In this document: piece by piece, positions 10,510-20,960 of the stretch
Position numbering within the stretch: the stretch's first letter is position 1
Layout: the number at the start of each line of letters is the position of its first letter
DNA from: an uncultured Chitinophagaceae bacterium
Lineage (GTDB): Bacteria; Bacteroidota; Bacteroidia; NS11-12g; UBA9320
Length of the DNA: 64,000 bases
NCBI GenBank assembly: GCA_964613385.1
Contig: CAZTGZ010000007.1
Location: 30,941-94,940, forward strand
Reading direction: 5' to 3'
Notes under the pieces: generated by a model
Database searches by the model: none
Seen by the model: the letters and a program-made list of their open reading frames with translations, nothing else
What the model was told of the DNA's origin: nothing
Made by a program: the position numbers and the translations under genes

Positions 10510-12684
10510 TTATCTGAAGTGGAAAATAACGCTTAAGCCATAATAAGCATATCCGTCATAATCTGCTGAGGATGAGCGCTGACCTTTTAAATTCGTTGGG
10601 TTTGCCACTTTCGCGGCAGATTCACCCAAATCGGGGTTAGCAGCAATTAAAGCCTCTGAATCCGGGTAAAATCCGGTACTCAAATCATCCAAATAATCTG
10701 TGAACAGTTTGGTATAGGTATAAGAAAAGGCTATGGAAGTGGTTTTGCTCAGCTCTTTTCTGAGTTTTATTCCCAAAGGAATTCCAACAGAAAATTTTGA
10801 GTATCTGTTATCCGCACCATTCAAGGTCTGACCTTCCGTTCCAATGGAGCGCAAATCGTAATAAGTGCCATCATATCGGCCCATCGGTTTAAAATAATAT
10901 CCTTGAAAACCGATGAACCCTGAAGGAATCAGGTACTTTGGACCGGCAATCTTAAACAGATCGTATTCCATCAGCAAGCCAAAATCAACAACAGTGGTGC
11001 GCGTATTTAATTTTCGTTTGAAACCTGTTCCCCTCGATTTACCGATGGTGCTGGCCACGTCGTCATCTCCAACCAGAATCAGATAATTAGAACGCAATTC
11101 CAATTTCCATCTGTCTTTAAAATGATATCCACCCCGAACACCCATGGCAGGTCTGGCATTGGCCGGATATACTCTCAGACCATCTGCTGCCAAATCACCG
11201 AAGTAAATGGATGAACCGCTGAACAACTCGAACTCATAATAGGGTTTGAACTTGAAATAATTCGTATCTACCGGCAGGTTGGTGTTCTGTAAGTTTTTGA
11301 AAACATTGGTGTCATTGGTTTCAAAATCCTTGGCCGTGAATTTTGTTGGAATCTCATCCAAATCTCTGAATTTGAAGAAGATTTCGCGATTTTCATTCAG
11401 GAATATTCTCTTCCCGATGGTTACCGAAGGTATTTCAAAAAGTTTGGGGTCATATAATCCGTCAACAACAAAATAGCCATTCGGTAGTTTTTTCTGAACT
11501 TTGTCCAATAAGCTTATGGTCAGTGTCTTATCGCCATTGCTTAGGGTGCTTTCATGTTCCAGATGCTTAATGTACATCGTGTCATTGATGAGAAAATGAT
11601 AAGCCACCTTAAAATCTTTACCCGCACTTAGAGGTTGGTTGGAGTGGAAGGTAAAATCTCTGATTCCTTCACCCCATTGTTTGAATGGTTCATCTTCACC
11701 GATAGGATCTCCATTCACATAAATCTTGTAAATATGACCGTTTAATTCTCCATTTGGCAACTCCATTAATTCGTTAAAATATACGAATGGCGCCCTTTGA
11801 TTGGCAGAAATCTGATCAAACATTTTGGATAATTCCTCCGGTGACTTTTCGCCGAAATAGTTGGTAGACAGATTTAAGGATTCCGCGCTTCCAATAGTGG
11901 TGATGTTCACCGGATAAAACTCCACGGTGTCTCTGAAAATCATGCTGCTAAAATTATAGCAGATACTGTTTCCCTGGATGTTCGGAGCATTGGCAGCCGG
12001 AGCATCGTGGTAATTGATAAAAAGAGGAGAGGAGAACAAGCCGTTGGTTTCACGCCCGGTGTATTCGTTCCGGGTTACTACATTGTTCACGATATTGAAC
12101 TTTATGTAGTCACTGGCGATGTTGGCAAATAATATACCTCCGGAATTATTGGAGAATGTATTTCCAATCAGGGAGACTTCAATTTTTTTCGTTGCCTGGA
12201 TTTGGTCAATGTCCTGAAATTCAATTGAAATTTCGTTCTTTTTCAAATCTTTGAACAAACAGTTCTGTATAGAAATATTATCGCGATACCAGTTTTTCTG
12301 AAAATGTACAGGCTTTTTCAATTGTTTGAATTTAACGTAATTCAACTGTGTAGTTCCCTCATTGAATTCTCTGAAAACCAAACCGTTGCCCGGATTTTTG
12401 TCGTCAAGACTGGTGATAAAAATGAAATTCTTAGGCGCTCCATTCATCACAATATTACCACCGGCAATAATGCTTACATCTGGTCCTAACAGGAAGTTTG
12501 TGCCTGGATTTACGATCAGCTTCGCATCTTTTTTAATGTATACATTCTTCTTAACCACATAGTTGCCCGGTTCCAACACTAAGTCTTCTTCAATAACCGA
12601 AGGAAGTTCAAGGGTTGTTTGTGCCTGCAGGTAATGCGAAAAGGCAAAAAGAATGAGCCATATAGCAAGTATTTTACGCATCAT
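10510..12684 (-). CDS. Exported protein: N-terminal right-handed beta-helix, central Ig-like region, C-terminal DUF6089-like outer-membrane beta-barrel
   Basis: Signal peptide. beta-helix repeats IQNCLFKD / IGNTFSNN / VNNVVTRN / IQGNSICYN. Barrel motifs FSGSSIYFGDL and YTYTKLFTDYLDDLS. C-terminus GLSVIFHFR. Confidence 0.65.
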   Translation of the reverse strand: MMRKILAIWLILFAFSHYLQAQTTLELPSVIEEDLVLEPGNYVVKKNVYIKKDAKLIVNPGTNFLLGPDVSIIAGGNIVMNGAPKNFIFITSLDDKNPGNGLVFREFNEGTTQLNYVKFKQLKKPVHFQKNWYRDNISIQNCLFKDLKKNEISIEFQDIDQIQATKKIEVSLIGNTFSNNSGGILFANIASDYIKFNIVNNVVTRNEYTGRETNGLFSSPLFINYHDAPAANAPNIQGNSICYNFSSMIFRDTVEFYPVNITTIGSAESLNLSTNYFGEKSPEELSKMFDQISANQRAPFVYFNELMELPNGELNGHIYKIYVNGDPIGEDEPFKQWGEGIRDFTFHSNQPLSAGKDFKVAYHFLINDTMYIKHLEHESTLSNGDKTLTISLLDKVQKKLPNGYFVVDGLYDPKLFEIPSVTIGKRIFLNENREIFFKFRDLDEIPTKFTAKDFETNDTNVFKNLQNTNLPVDTNYFKFKPYYEFELFSGSSIYFGDLAADGLRVYPANARPAMGVRGGYHFKDRWKLELRSNYLILVGDDDVASTIGKSRGTGFKRKLNTRTTVVDFGLLMEYDLFKIAGPKYLIPSGFIGFQGYYFKPMGRYDGTYYDLRSIGTEGQTLNGADNRYSKFSVGIPLGIKLRKELSKTTSIAFSYTYTKLFTDYLDDLSTGFYPDSEALIAANPDLGESAAKVANPTNLKGQRSSSADYDGYAYYGLSVIFHFR

Positions 12685-14330
12685 TTGAACTCGAGATTAT
12701 AAGGGTTAAGAATGATACGATTACCCAAATTCGATTTGGCCACAATGTCGGTAATCATCAACTTGTCGCCAGCATTTGCTTTCGTTAAAAGATCCAGTAA
12801 ATATGGATTAAACGCACTGCCCGAGTTAACAAAAGGTTTGGTAATGGCTGTGTGCTTATTATAAATCATGGTTACGGTGAACTCTTGAATAAAATAGGTT
12901 TCGTCAACCAGATATTCATCCGTTTTAACCACCATTGACTTCATATTTCTGGCAGCCTGAATATTTACTTTACTGCCGTTTTCAAACCCGTTTACCTGTG
13001 CAATTGGCTGTGTTAAAGCGCGTACTGCAAACATTTGTTCCGCCACTTTTACGATTCCGTACGGCATGCGTGCAAAAATGGAAACCAGTACGATGCCAGT
13101 TTCGTTTACGCGTGCATAAAACTTGTCGCCTTTTCTGAATATTTCACCTTTAGAAATGCTGGCCACCAATTTGTCTTCCGTTCCGAATTCACTTGTTTTT
13201 ATGTTCAAAGGATTGTCAATTCCCGCATAAATAGTTGACAATTTGGTGTTCTGTATGACCGGTTCTACGTCAATTACCCGAATAGATTTGCTCACCTTTT
13301 TTACACCATCACTGAAACTAACGGTGTATCTTCCTTTTGATACAGGCAGATAAATAAATGGACCCGGTTTTGACATCGAAAAGTTGCGATTATCCTGAGG
13401 GCCATTCACCAAAATGGTCACTCTTTTGGTGATGGAAGTATCAAAATACACCTCAAATTTGAATGGGTGGCCTTCCGGATATATCGTGTCTGAAGCAGAT
13501 TGTACATAAAGCAGGGAAGTGGACTTCTTTGGTTCATCCTTGCCATTGATATATTCTTTGTTCTGAATGTTCTCAAAGAATTCACGAATGGTATTTGCAT
13601 TTCCGATTTGTTCAACCTGATTCTCTTTAAAGTTTTGCATGACCTTTAACGGAGTAGGTTGGTTGCGCTCTTCAACTAGATTTCTGATGATTTGCTCGTA
13701 AGCATAAATCCTCAATCTCTCCATGCCGGCCTTGAAGTGATTCAGGTTCATGACAGAAATATTCAAAGGGGCACCTGCAAAATAGAATGCGCGGGCATTT
13801 ACTCTGGAGCCATCGGATTTTTGAATAATTTTATGTACCGGAAACATCTCGTTTAATGGTTCAAGATGCTCAAAACCAATGATTTCTGTAATAAATTCTT
13901 TGTAATTGCGAACTAAATGCATCACACTGTCGGCCATGCCATTGCTGATGAGCAACTCCTGAGTTGTTTCGGTTTTCTTTCCTTGATTAAAATATCCAAA
14001 ACTGTCCACACCATCTTTGGAAATTAAATCCAATTTCAGTCGCTCCACAAATTGATTCATCTCCTGAGAGAAATCCTCTATATCTAAGAATTTCTGTTTT
14101 GTTTTTTCGTAGAGTTCAGGATCGTCTTTGAGTAGATTGAGAAAATACAAGGCGGTTTCGGTATTTTCTTTTCCTGCATCTTTAGACAGCATATCCAAAC
14201 TGCGACTGCTGTGCTGTACCGAATCCAGGAAGTCGGACGGTATATAAGAGAAAAGAAATGCCATCAGAATCAGGTAGATCAGGTTGATCGCCTTTTGTCT
14301 GAGTTTCTTTCCCGGATTATCGTATGCCAT
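12681..14330 (-). CDS. gldM: GldM/PorM-like motor subunit (paralogue)
   Basis: N-terminal TM helix LRQKAINLIYLILMAFL matches GldM RQKMINLMY. Helical periplasmic domain, and a GldM C-terminal-type domain ending NAGDKLMITDIVAK. Confidence 0.8.
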   Translation of the reverse strand: MAYDNPGKKLRQKAINLIYLILMAFLFSYIPSDFLDSVQHSSRSLDMLSKDAGKENTETALYFLNLLKDDPELYEKTKQKFLDIEDFSQEMNQFVERLKLDLISKDGVDSFGYFNQGKKTETTQELLISNGMADSVMHLVRNYKEFITEIIGFEHLEPLNEMFPVHKIIQKSDGSRVNARAFYFAGAPLNISVMNLNHFKAGMERLRIYAYEQIIRNLVEERNQPTPLKVMQNFKENQVEQIGNANTIREFFENIQNKEYINGKDEPKKSTSLLYVQSASDTIYPEGHPFKFEVYFDTSITKRVTILVNGPQDNRNFSMSKPGPFIYLPVSKGRYTVSFSDGVKKVSKSIRVIDVEPVIQNTKLSTIYAGIDNPLNIKTSEFGTEDKLVASISKGEIFRKGDKFYARVNETGIVLVSIFARMPYGIVKVAEQMFAVRALTQPIAQVNGFENGSKVNIQAARNMKSMVVKTDEYLVDETYFIQEFTVTMIYNKHTAITKPFVNSGSAFNPYLLDLLTKANAGDKLMITDIVAKSNLGNRIILNPYNLEFK

Positions 14331-14362
14331 GACTTTGCGTATTTTTCTTTGATGTTAGTAGT

Positions 14363-14887
14363 TTAGAATTTGTAGTTTTCAAATTCTTTAAGTCTGTCGT
14401 TGGCACTGGCTATCTTGATTTTCAGACTGTTGATCTGCTGCTGATATTCGAGCGTGCTTTGCGACATTATCTCATAATTTTTCTCCAATACTTCTACCGT
14501 CTTATTCAATTTGCTGGTGGCTTCGTTTAAATGCTGTAAATTGTTGTCTAATGACACGATGGAGTTGAGGATTTTTTCCAATTGCTGCTCTCGTGTAACT
14601 GTTGCAACCGATTCAACACTCTCTATGGATTCGAGTTCTTCAGTTTCTTCAGAAGCCGCCTGGTCTTTTAGCTGAGGGAAAATTCTATCCCACTTGTACT
14701 CCTGACGGTAAGACTTCCACTCGAAAGCAGATATCAAAAAGATAAATGCTTCCCCGATCAAACCGATCATAAACAGATAGTCGGCAAACTTCCAGCCCAT
14801 GAATTTAAAAAGGGCAGCAATCAGGATAATGGCCGCGCCAACACCGTAGAAGAAATTTATCAAGTCGAACTTTTTCTGGGTTTCCAT
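14363..14887 (-). CDS. gldL: GldL/PorL-like motor subunit (paralogue)
   Basis: INFFYGVGAAIILIAALFKF and GLIGEAFIFLISAFE TM helices plus a coiled-coil tail. Start is probably ATG 14887 (alternative 14905) rather than GTG 14935. Confidence 0.85.
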   Translation of the reverse strand: METQKKFDLINFFYGVGAAIILIAALFKFMGWKFADYLFMIGLIGEAFIFLISAFEWKSYRQEYKWDRIFPQLKDQAASEETEELESIESVESVATVTREQQLEKILNSIVSLDNNLQHLNEATSKLNKTVEVLEKNYEIMSQSTLEYQQQINSLKIKIASANDRLKEFENYKF

Positions 14888-15011
14888 ATTGAAATCGTTT
14901 TTCATCAACTGCCAATATACGTGCCATGCGAGCACTTAAGCGCATATTTGAAAAATCGCTTATTCCACAGAAAGTCGTAAAATGCAGAAAATCAGATAGA
15001 TACAATGTTAA

Positions 15012-15043
15012 CAAAGGTGGTATGATGAGGATACCACCCTTTG
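15012..15043 (-). terminator. Hairpin downstream of pruA, probable intrinsic terminator
   Basis: CAAAGGTGGTAT (15012-15023) / ATACCACCCTTTG (15031-15043) inverted repeat with one bulge and a 7-nt loop, about 50 nt after the pruA stop. Confidence 0.55.
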
Positions 15044-15095
15044 CTAAAAATGAAAATATTTCCCAAAAGTGGAAAAAATTGCTAAAAAAGAAAGT

Positions 15096-16724
15096 CTAAC
15101 TTTCCAGGAATGGGTATTTGTAATCTCCGGGTGGGTTGAAATTTTCTTTAATTGTGCGCTGACTTACCCAACGCATTAAATTAGCTTTAGCCCCGGCCTT
15201 GTCGTTGGTGCCAGATGCCCTCGCACCGCCAAATGGCTGTTGACCAACCACCGCACCCGTAGGTTTGTCATTGATATAAAAATTACCCGCACTGTTTTTT
15301 AGTTTTTCAACTGCAGTGGCTATGGCATATCTGTCTGTGGCCATCACACTGCCGGTAAGTGCGTATGGAGAAGTTTGATCTACCAGTTCTAAGGTTGCTT
15401 CCCATGCATCTTGCGGATACACATAAATGGTTAATACAGGTCCGAAAATTTCTTCGCACATGGTAGTATAACGGGGACTTTTTGCCAGAATAACCGTCGG
15501 TTCGATAAAATATCCGGTTGATTTATCAAAGTTTCCACCGGCAATGATCTCAGCATCCTGGTCTTGGCGAGCTGAGGCGATATAAGAACTAATCTTGTCA
15601 AATGCCTTTTCATCGATAACGGCATTGATGAAATTTCCGAAATCTTCCGGACTGCCCATTTTTATTTCTGATAATTGGCTGAGCATAATTTCACGGGTTT
15701 CTTCCCAAAGATTGTCGGGAATATAGGCCCGGGAAGCAGCAGAACATTTTTGACCCTGGAATTCGAAGGCTCCTCGTGTAAGTGCAGTGGCCAAAGTCTT
15801 TGGATCTGCAGTTTTGTGAGCGATCACGAAATCTTTTCCTCCGGTTTCTCCAACAATACGCGGATAACTTTTATACAGGTGAATGTTGTTTCCGATGGTT
15901 TTCCATAACTGCTGAAATACACCTGTGGATCCGGTGAAATGCAATCCGGCAAAATCAGGATGATTAAAAATAACTTCTCCGGCAGTTTTGCCCTCAACAT
16001 ATACCAAATTGATCACGCCATCTGGTAATCCAGCGGCTTGAAAAAGTTCCATAATAACCGCAGCACTGTAAATCTGGCTTTCGGCAGGTTTCCAAACGAC
16101 CGTATTGCCCATCAGTGCAGCCGAAGCCGGCAAATTGGCCGCGATGCTTGTAAAATTGAATGGGGTCAGGGCAAAAACAAATCCCTCTAAGGGTCTGTAT
16201 TCCATACGGTTCCAGGTTCCTGCTGAATTTTCAGGCGGTTGCTCCCGATATATCTCCGTCATATAAGACACATTGAACCTGAAAAAATCTATTAATTCGC
16301 AAGCAGCATCTATTTCTGCCTGATAGGCATTCTTGGATTGTGCCAACATGGTGGCTGCATTTAATTTCGCCCGGAAAGGACCTGCAAGTAAATCAGCAGC
16401 TTTTAAGAAAATAGCCGCTCTCTCTTCCCAGGGTAATGCTACCCATTTATCCTTCGCATTCAGGGCTGCCGAAATAGCTTGTTGAACGTGTGCGGCATTA
16501 CCATAATTATAGATTCCGAGATTAAAAGCGCGATCATGAGGCGGATGCATGGTTCTTTTATCGTCAGTATAAACTTTGTCCGAACCAATGAACATCGGGA
16601 TTTCAATTTTTTCTGATTTGTATTTCTGTATCTGTTCAACTAAACTTTTGCGCTCCTCACTGTGCTTGGAATAGGAGAGAACAGGTTCGTTCTTAGGTAC
16701 GGGAACATTAAAAAATCCTTTCAT
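15096..16724 (-). CDS. pruA: L-glutamate gamma-semialdehyde (P5C) dehydrogenase
   Basis: NEPVLSY, EIDAACELIDFFRFN, ETGGKD, GQKCSA catalytic Cys, EEIFGP, GASGTNDK-type motif. Confidence 0.95.
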   Translation of the reverse strand: MKGFFNVPVPKNEPVLSYSKHSEERKSLVEQIQKYKSEKIEIPMFIGSDKVYTDDKRTMHPPHDRAFNLGIYNYGNAAHVQQAISAALNAKDKWVALPWEERAAIFLKAADLLAGPFRAKLNAATMLAQSKNAYQAEIDAACELIDFFRFNVSYMTEIYREQPPENSAGTWNRMEYRPLEGFVFALTPFNFTSIAANLPASAALMGNTVVWKPAESQIYSAAVIMELFQAAGLPDGVINLVYVEGKTAGEVIFNHPDFAGLHFTGSTGVFQQLWKTIGNNIHLYKSYPRIVGETGGKDFVIAHKTADPKTLATALTRGAFEFQGQKCSAASRAYIPDNLWEETREIMLSQLSEIKMGSPEDFGNFINAVIDEKAFDKISSYIASARQDQDAEIIAGGNFDKSTGYFIEPTVILAKSPRYTTMCEEIFGPVLTIYVYPQDAWEATLELVDQTSPYALTGSVMATDRYAIATAVEKLKNSAGNFYINDKPTGAVVGQQPFGGARASGTNDKAGAKANLMRWVSQRTIKENFNPPGDYKYPFLES

Positions 16725-17437
16725 ATTTTCTTAGTTTTTAAAGTGTTTTGAATCATTTCAGTGAAAAATTTCCAGTTTCCTTTCTCTTCAGGAAGGCAGT
16801 TTATCTCAATGGCTGCTTTGGTTACCGGGTGTATAAAACTCAATTGACCTGCATGTAAATAAATCATCTGTCCATAATTCTTCGATGATCCATATTTCAA
16901 ATCTCCTGCAATCGGACAACCTATAGCTGACAACTGAACCCTTATTTGATGAGGCCTTCCTGTAGTTGGAATGACTTTTATCAAATAGACATGGTTAGCT
17001 GTTCCTATATAATAATAGTCGAGAACTGCTTTTTTACTTTCTTTAACTTCCCGTTGATGCGCCCTTGCCAGATTTTTGGTGTTGTCCTTGGTTAACCAAT
17101 GCACCAACTGACTGTTCAACATTTTGGGTTTATGATCTACCAATGCGAAATATGTTTTTTCTACCTCTCGGGCCTGAAACATTTTGTTCATTCTCACCAG
17201 TGCTTTACTGCTTTTGGCAAATATTACCAATCCACTAACAGGTCTGTCTAACCTGTGTATATTGCCTAAAAACACATTTCCGGTCTTTTTGGTTTGGTGT
17301 CGGATGTACTCACTAACAAGGTCGATCAGCGGAATATCACCGGTGTTGTCTTCCTGAACAAGCATGCCTGACGGTTTCCTTACTGCAATCAAATGATTGT
17401 CTTCAAACAATATTTCCAGATCACGCCAACTGTTCAT
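16721..17437 (-). CDS. RluA-family pseudouridine synthase
   Basis: HRLDRPVSG catalytic motif, TGRPHQIRVQL, GDLKYG, LHAGQLSFIHP. Confidence 0.92.
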   Translation of the reverse strand: MNSWRDLEILFEDNHLIAVRKPSGMLVQEDNTGDIPLIDLVSEYIRHQTKKTGNVFLGNIHRLDRPVSGLVIFAKSSKALVRMNKMFQAREVEKTYFALVDHKPKMLNSQLVHWLTKDNTKNLARAHQREVKESKKAVLDYYYIGTANHVYLIKVIPTTGRPHQIRVQLSAIGCPIAGDLKYGSSKNYGQMIYLHAGQLSFIHPVTKAAIEINCLPEEKGNWKFFTEMIQNTLKTKKI

Positions 17438-18432
17438 AATATATTTACTTCGGTTTGGATATTGATGCCGAATTTATTCAGAACATCATGCATGATTTGC
17501 TGTGCCAGTTGATAAATTTCTTCACCGCTTGCATTTCCGTAGTTAACCAAAACCAATGCCTGTTTGGTGTGACTTCCGGTTTCATTAATCCTCTTTCCTT
17601 TCCATCCGCATTTTTCGATCAGCCATCCTGCCGGCACTTTTACCGTGTTTCCTGTCTGGTCGGGATAGCCCGGAATGTCGGGATGATTGGTTTTTAAAGC
17701 TTCGAATTGCGCATTCGAAATGACCGGGTTTTTAAAGAAACTACCGGCATTTCCCAAAACTTCCGGATCCGGGAGCTTGCTCCTTCTGATTTGGCATACA
17801 GCCTCACTGATATCTTTGTGGGTGGGAATTTCAATCAGTTTGTCCTGCAGAATTTGTTTGATATCCCCATATTCCGCTCTGATGGGACTTTTTCTGCTTA
17901 ATTTGAGGCAAACTTCGGTGATAAAATACTTGCCTTTTCCTTCGTTTTTGAAATAACTGTCCCGATAGCCAAAGGCACATTCCTCCCGGTTGAATGCTAC
18001 AAATTCCCCGCTTTCGATTTTAAATGCTGTTAAATGATCGAAAACATCGGTCAGTTCAACGCCGTAAGCACCAATATTCTGAATAGGTGCTGCTCCGACC
18101 GTTCCGGGAATTAATGAAAGATTTTCTAAACCACCGAGTCCCCATTCCAGGGTTTGAAGTACCAGTTGATGCCACACTTCACCGGATTTAGCACAGACCA
18201 ATGCTTCATTTTCATTGATCCAATCTATCCTTATCCCTTTAAATCTATTGAGCAAAACGGTTCCTGTCCAGTCTTTGGTAAACAAAACATTGCTTCCTCC
18301 GCCCAAAATGATGAAAGGAGATGGAAGAGAACGGTCACTAAAATACGTTAAATCTGAGTTGCTACTCAAGGATAAAATTTGAGCAGCCTGAACATCTATT
18401 CCGAAGGTATTGTGTGCTTTGAGGGACGGCAT
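17434..18432 (-). CDS. murB: UDP-N-acetylmuramate dehydrogenase
   Basis: HNTFGID, LGGGSNVLF, IPGTVGAAPIQNIGAYG, GNAGSFFKNP, QALVLVN, EVNIL. Confidence 0.96.
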   Translation of the reverse strand: MPSLKAHNTFGIDVQAAQILSLSSNSDLTYFSDRSLPSPFIILGGGSNVLFTKDWTGTVLLNRFKGIRIDWINENEALVCAKSGEVWHQLVLQTLEWGLGGLENLSLIPGTVGAAPIQNIGAYGVELTDVFDHLTAFKIESGEFVAFNREECAFGYRDSYFKNEGKGKYFITEVCLKLSRKSPIRAEYGDIKQILQDKLIEIPTHKDISEAVCQIRRSKLPDPEVLGNAGSFFKNPVISNAQFEALKTNHPDIPGYPDQTGNTVKVPAGWLIEKCGWKGKRINETGSHTKQALVLVNYGNASGEEIYQLAQQIMHDVLNKFGINIQTEVNIL

Positions 18433-18477
18433 TTAAAATGATGCGGCAAATATCGGGGAAAAATTATGGATCACCGG

Positions 18478-19209
18478 TCAATTCTGTTCTTGGGCATATT
18501 TATATTTCAAATATCTGCTTAACGCGCTGAAATGACTGATATACAGGCCGTTAATACCCTCCAGTATTCCGAGTTGCCAAAAGTACCTCTTCAAAAACAT
18601 GGTGATATATGAAAGTTGTGGACGCCCCCACCAGTTGCCAACCACCTTACCGGCGGATAGTCTCGCGTATTTTTCGATGGTTTCGCGATGTTGTTTCAAG
18701 GTATCCAGTGTATAGTGGAGAATATCACCTTTTAATGGAATAATTTGCGTGTCTGGCGGTAGAATGAGCGATTCATGGACTTCTCCTTTCCAGTAGGCAT
18801 TTGAGGGAAACAATCTGATTTTCTTATCGGGGTACCAGTTGCAAAACCGAACAGGTTTGCCTCTATAGAAATTCAGTCGATTAAACTGATATGCGCCACT
18901 TAAATGATCAATATTTTTGATAGAGGATAGTGCTTCCGGTGATAGTCTCTCATCTGCATCCAGTGATAATACGTAGTCATAAGCGGCAAACGCATGAGCT
19001 TCATTTTTTGTATCCGCATAACCTTTCCACTCTATTTGATGTACGATAGCACCTGCGGACAGGGCAATTTCAACAGTATCATCCATACTGCCGGAGTCAA
19101 ATACGAGAATTTCATCGCAAATATCCCGCATACTTTTCAGGCATGCCGAAATCTTCAGGGCTTCATTTTTAGCTATAACTATACCGCTGATGCCCTTCTT
19201 TTTAATCAT
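18478..19209 (-). CDS. Glycosyltransferase family 2 (WaaE/KdtX-like)
   Basis: [37 protein letters not shown]. Overlaps the hutU stop by 8 nt. Confidence 0.85.
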   Translation of the reverse strand: MIKKKGISGIVIAKNEALKISACLKSMRDICDEILVFDSGSMDDTVEIALSAGAIVHQIEWKGYADTKNEAHAFAAYDYVLSLDADERLSPEALSSIKNIDHLSGAYQFNRLNFYRGKPVRFCNWYPDKKIRLFPSNAYWKGEVHESLILPPDTQIIPLKGDILHYTLDTLKQHRETIEKYARLSAGKVVGNWWGRPQLSYITMFLKRYFWQLGILEGINGLYISHFSALSRYLKYKYAQEQN

Positions 19210-20893
19210 TAGCGCCGATCAGCCTTTCTTTTAAGTCCAACTTATGTTTGCGCGCAGTATCCAGAGCAATATCGTAACCTGCATCTGCATGCCGGATTAC
19301 CCCCATAGCCGGATCGTTGTGCAGCACTCTTTTCAATCTTTGTTCAGCCTCGGGTGTTCCATCTGCCACGATTACCATACCGGCATGTATGCTGTAACCA
19401 ATGCCAACTCCACCTCCGTGATGCAGCGATACCCAACTGGCTCCTCCGGCGGTATTGATCAGGGCATTGAGGATAGGCCAGTCTGCGATAGCATCTGATC
19501 CATCTTTCATCGCTTCAGTTTCCCGATTTGGCGATGCGACGGAACCTGTATCCAAATGGTCACGTCCAATGACGATGGGAGCTTTTACCTTGCCATCACG
19601 TACCAACTGATTAAACAGCAGTCCGGCTTTTTCTCTTTCTCCTTGTCCCAGCCAGCATATACGGGCAGGCAATCCCTGAAATGAGATTCGCTCTTTGGCC
19701 ATAGTCAACCAGCGTTTTAATCCTTCATCTTCAGGAAATAATCCCAGGAGGGCCTCATCGGTGGTGTAAATATCCTCCGGATCTCCGCTCAGCGCTACCC
19801 ATCTGAAAGGTCCACGACCCAAACAAAACTGAGGTCGAATAAATGCAGGAACGAATCCCGGATAATCAAATGCGTTTTTAACCCCATGTTCCAGCGCGCG
19901 ACCTCTCAGGTTATTGCCATAGTCAAAGGTTATGGAGCCTTTAGATTGAAATTCAATCATCAGCTTCACATGTTTGGCCATGGTTTCGTAACTTCTTTTC
20001 ACATATTCTTCGGGGTCTGTAGCCCGCATGCGGTCAGCGGCTTCAACATCCAATCCTTCAGGAAAATAACCAACCAAAGGATCATGTGCAGAAGTCTGAT
20101 CAGTAAGCAAATTAGGCACTATACCTCTTTCTTTCAGTCTCTCGAGCAAATCCACGGCATTCCCTGGCCAACCGATAGACAGAGCTATACCTGCCTCACA
20201 GGCTTTTAATGACTTGTCGATGGCTTCATCCAGATTTCTGACCATTAGGTCGAGGTATCGGGTTTCCAGTCTTTTTCTGATTCTCCATTCTTCCATCTCT
20301 GCGGCCAGACATACGCCTTCGTTCATGGTAACCGCCAAAGGCTGAGCTCCGCCCATTCCGCCCAAACCAGCGGTAACGCTTAGTGTCCCCTTTAAAGTAC
20401 CGCCAAATTTCTGACGTGCTGCTTCGGCAAACGTTTCATAAGTACCTTGTACGATGCCCTGTGAACCAATATAAATCCAGGATCCGGCGGTCATTTGACC
20501 GTACATGATCAATCCTTTGGCCTCAAGTTCCCTAAAGTAATCCAAATTGGCCCAATGTGGCACCAAATGCGAGTTTGCTATAAGAACCCGGGGTGCATCC
20601 TTGTGGCTCGGCAATATCCCCACAGGTTTCCCTGATTGTACCAATAGAGTTTCATCCTCGTTTAATTCTTTTAAAGCCTTGATAATCAAATGGTAACTTT
20701 CCCAGTTACGGGCAGCTTTACCGGTACCTCCATAAACAACCAGATTTTCCGGCTTCTCTGCCACCTCCGGATCTAAATTGTTCATGAGCATTCTCATCGC
20801 GGCTTCCTGTACCCAACCTTTGCAACTCAGAGCATTTCCCCTTGGAGCGCGTACGATTTCCGGATTCGAATGATGAAATATGTCACTTGTCAT
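19202..20893 (-). CDS. hutU: Urocanate hydratase (short, ~560 aa type)
   Basis: [49 protein letters not shown]. Start set at ATG 20893. Confidence 0.96.
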   Translation of the reverse strand: MTSDIFHHSNPEIVRAPRGNALSCKGWVQEAAMRMLMNNLDPEVAEKPENLVVYGGTGKAARNWESYHLIIKALKELNEDETLLVQSGKPVGILPSHKDAPRVLIANSHLVPHWANLDYFRELEAKGLIMYGQMTAGSWIYIGSQGIVQGTYETFAEAARQKFGGTLKGTLSVTAGLGGMGGAQPLAVTMNEGVCLAAEMEEWRIRKRLETRYLDLMVRNLDEAIDKSLKACEAGIALSIGWPGNAVDLLERLKERGIVPNLLTDQTSAHDPLVGYFPEGLDVEAADRMRATDPEEYVKRSYETMAKHVKLMIEFQSKGSITFDYGNNLRGRALEHGVKNAFDYPGFVPAFIRPQFCLGRGPFRWVALSGDPEDIYTTDEALLGLFPEDEGLKRWLTMAKERISFQGLPARICWLGQGEREKAGLLFNQLVRDGKVKAPIVIGRDHLDTGSVASPNRETEAMKDGSDAIADWPILNALINTAGGASWVSLHHGGGVGIGYSIHAGMVIVADGTPEAEQRLKRVLHNDPAMGVIRHADAGYDIALDTARKHKLDLKERLIGAND

Positions 20894-20898
20894 ATCCG

Positions 20899-20906
20899 CA
20901 AAATTA
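20899..20906 (-). promoter_or_regulatory. -7 promoter box TAATTTTG for hutU
   Basis: Exact TAnnTTTG match, 5 nt upstream of the hutU ATG. Confidence 0.5.
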
Positions 20907-20947
20907 ATATTTGCCCGTGCAGGATGCGCTATCATTTTAGATTTTAG

Positions 20948-20955
20948 TATCTTTG
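20948..20955 (+). promoter_or_regulatory. -7 promoter box TATCTTTG for the leader ORF / TBDR operon
   Basis: Exact TAnnTTTG match, 5 nt upstream of the in-frame TTG at 20961. Confidence 0.5.
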
Positions 20956-20960
20956 TAAAG

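Noticed and set aside
14959-14970. TTATTCCACA upstream of gldL resembling a DnaA box
   Set aside because: Single imperfect copy; expected by chance in AT-rich DNA.
19202-20893. Short (Bacillus/Pseudomonas-type) HutU as evidence of horizontal transfer
   Set aside because: Both short and long HutU types occur among Bacteroidota as far as I recall; a phylogeny is needed and it cannot be supported from the sequence alone.
20880-20960. Longer N-terminus of the RAPP ORF given by the ORF track
   Set aside because: It overlaps the hutU start and both promoter boxes; the signal-like sequence begins at TTG 20961.
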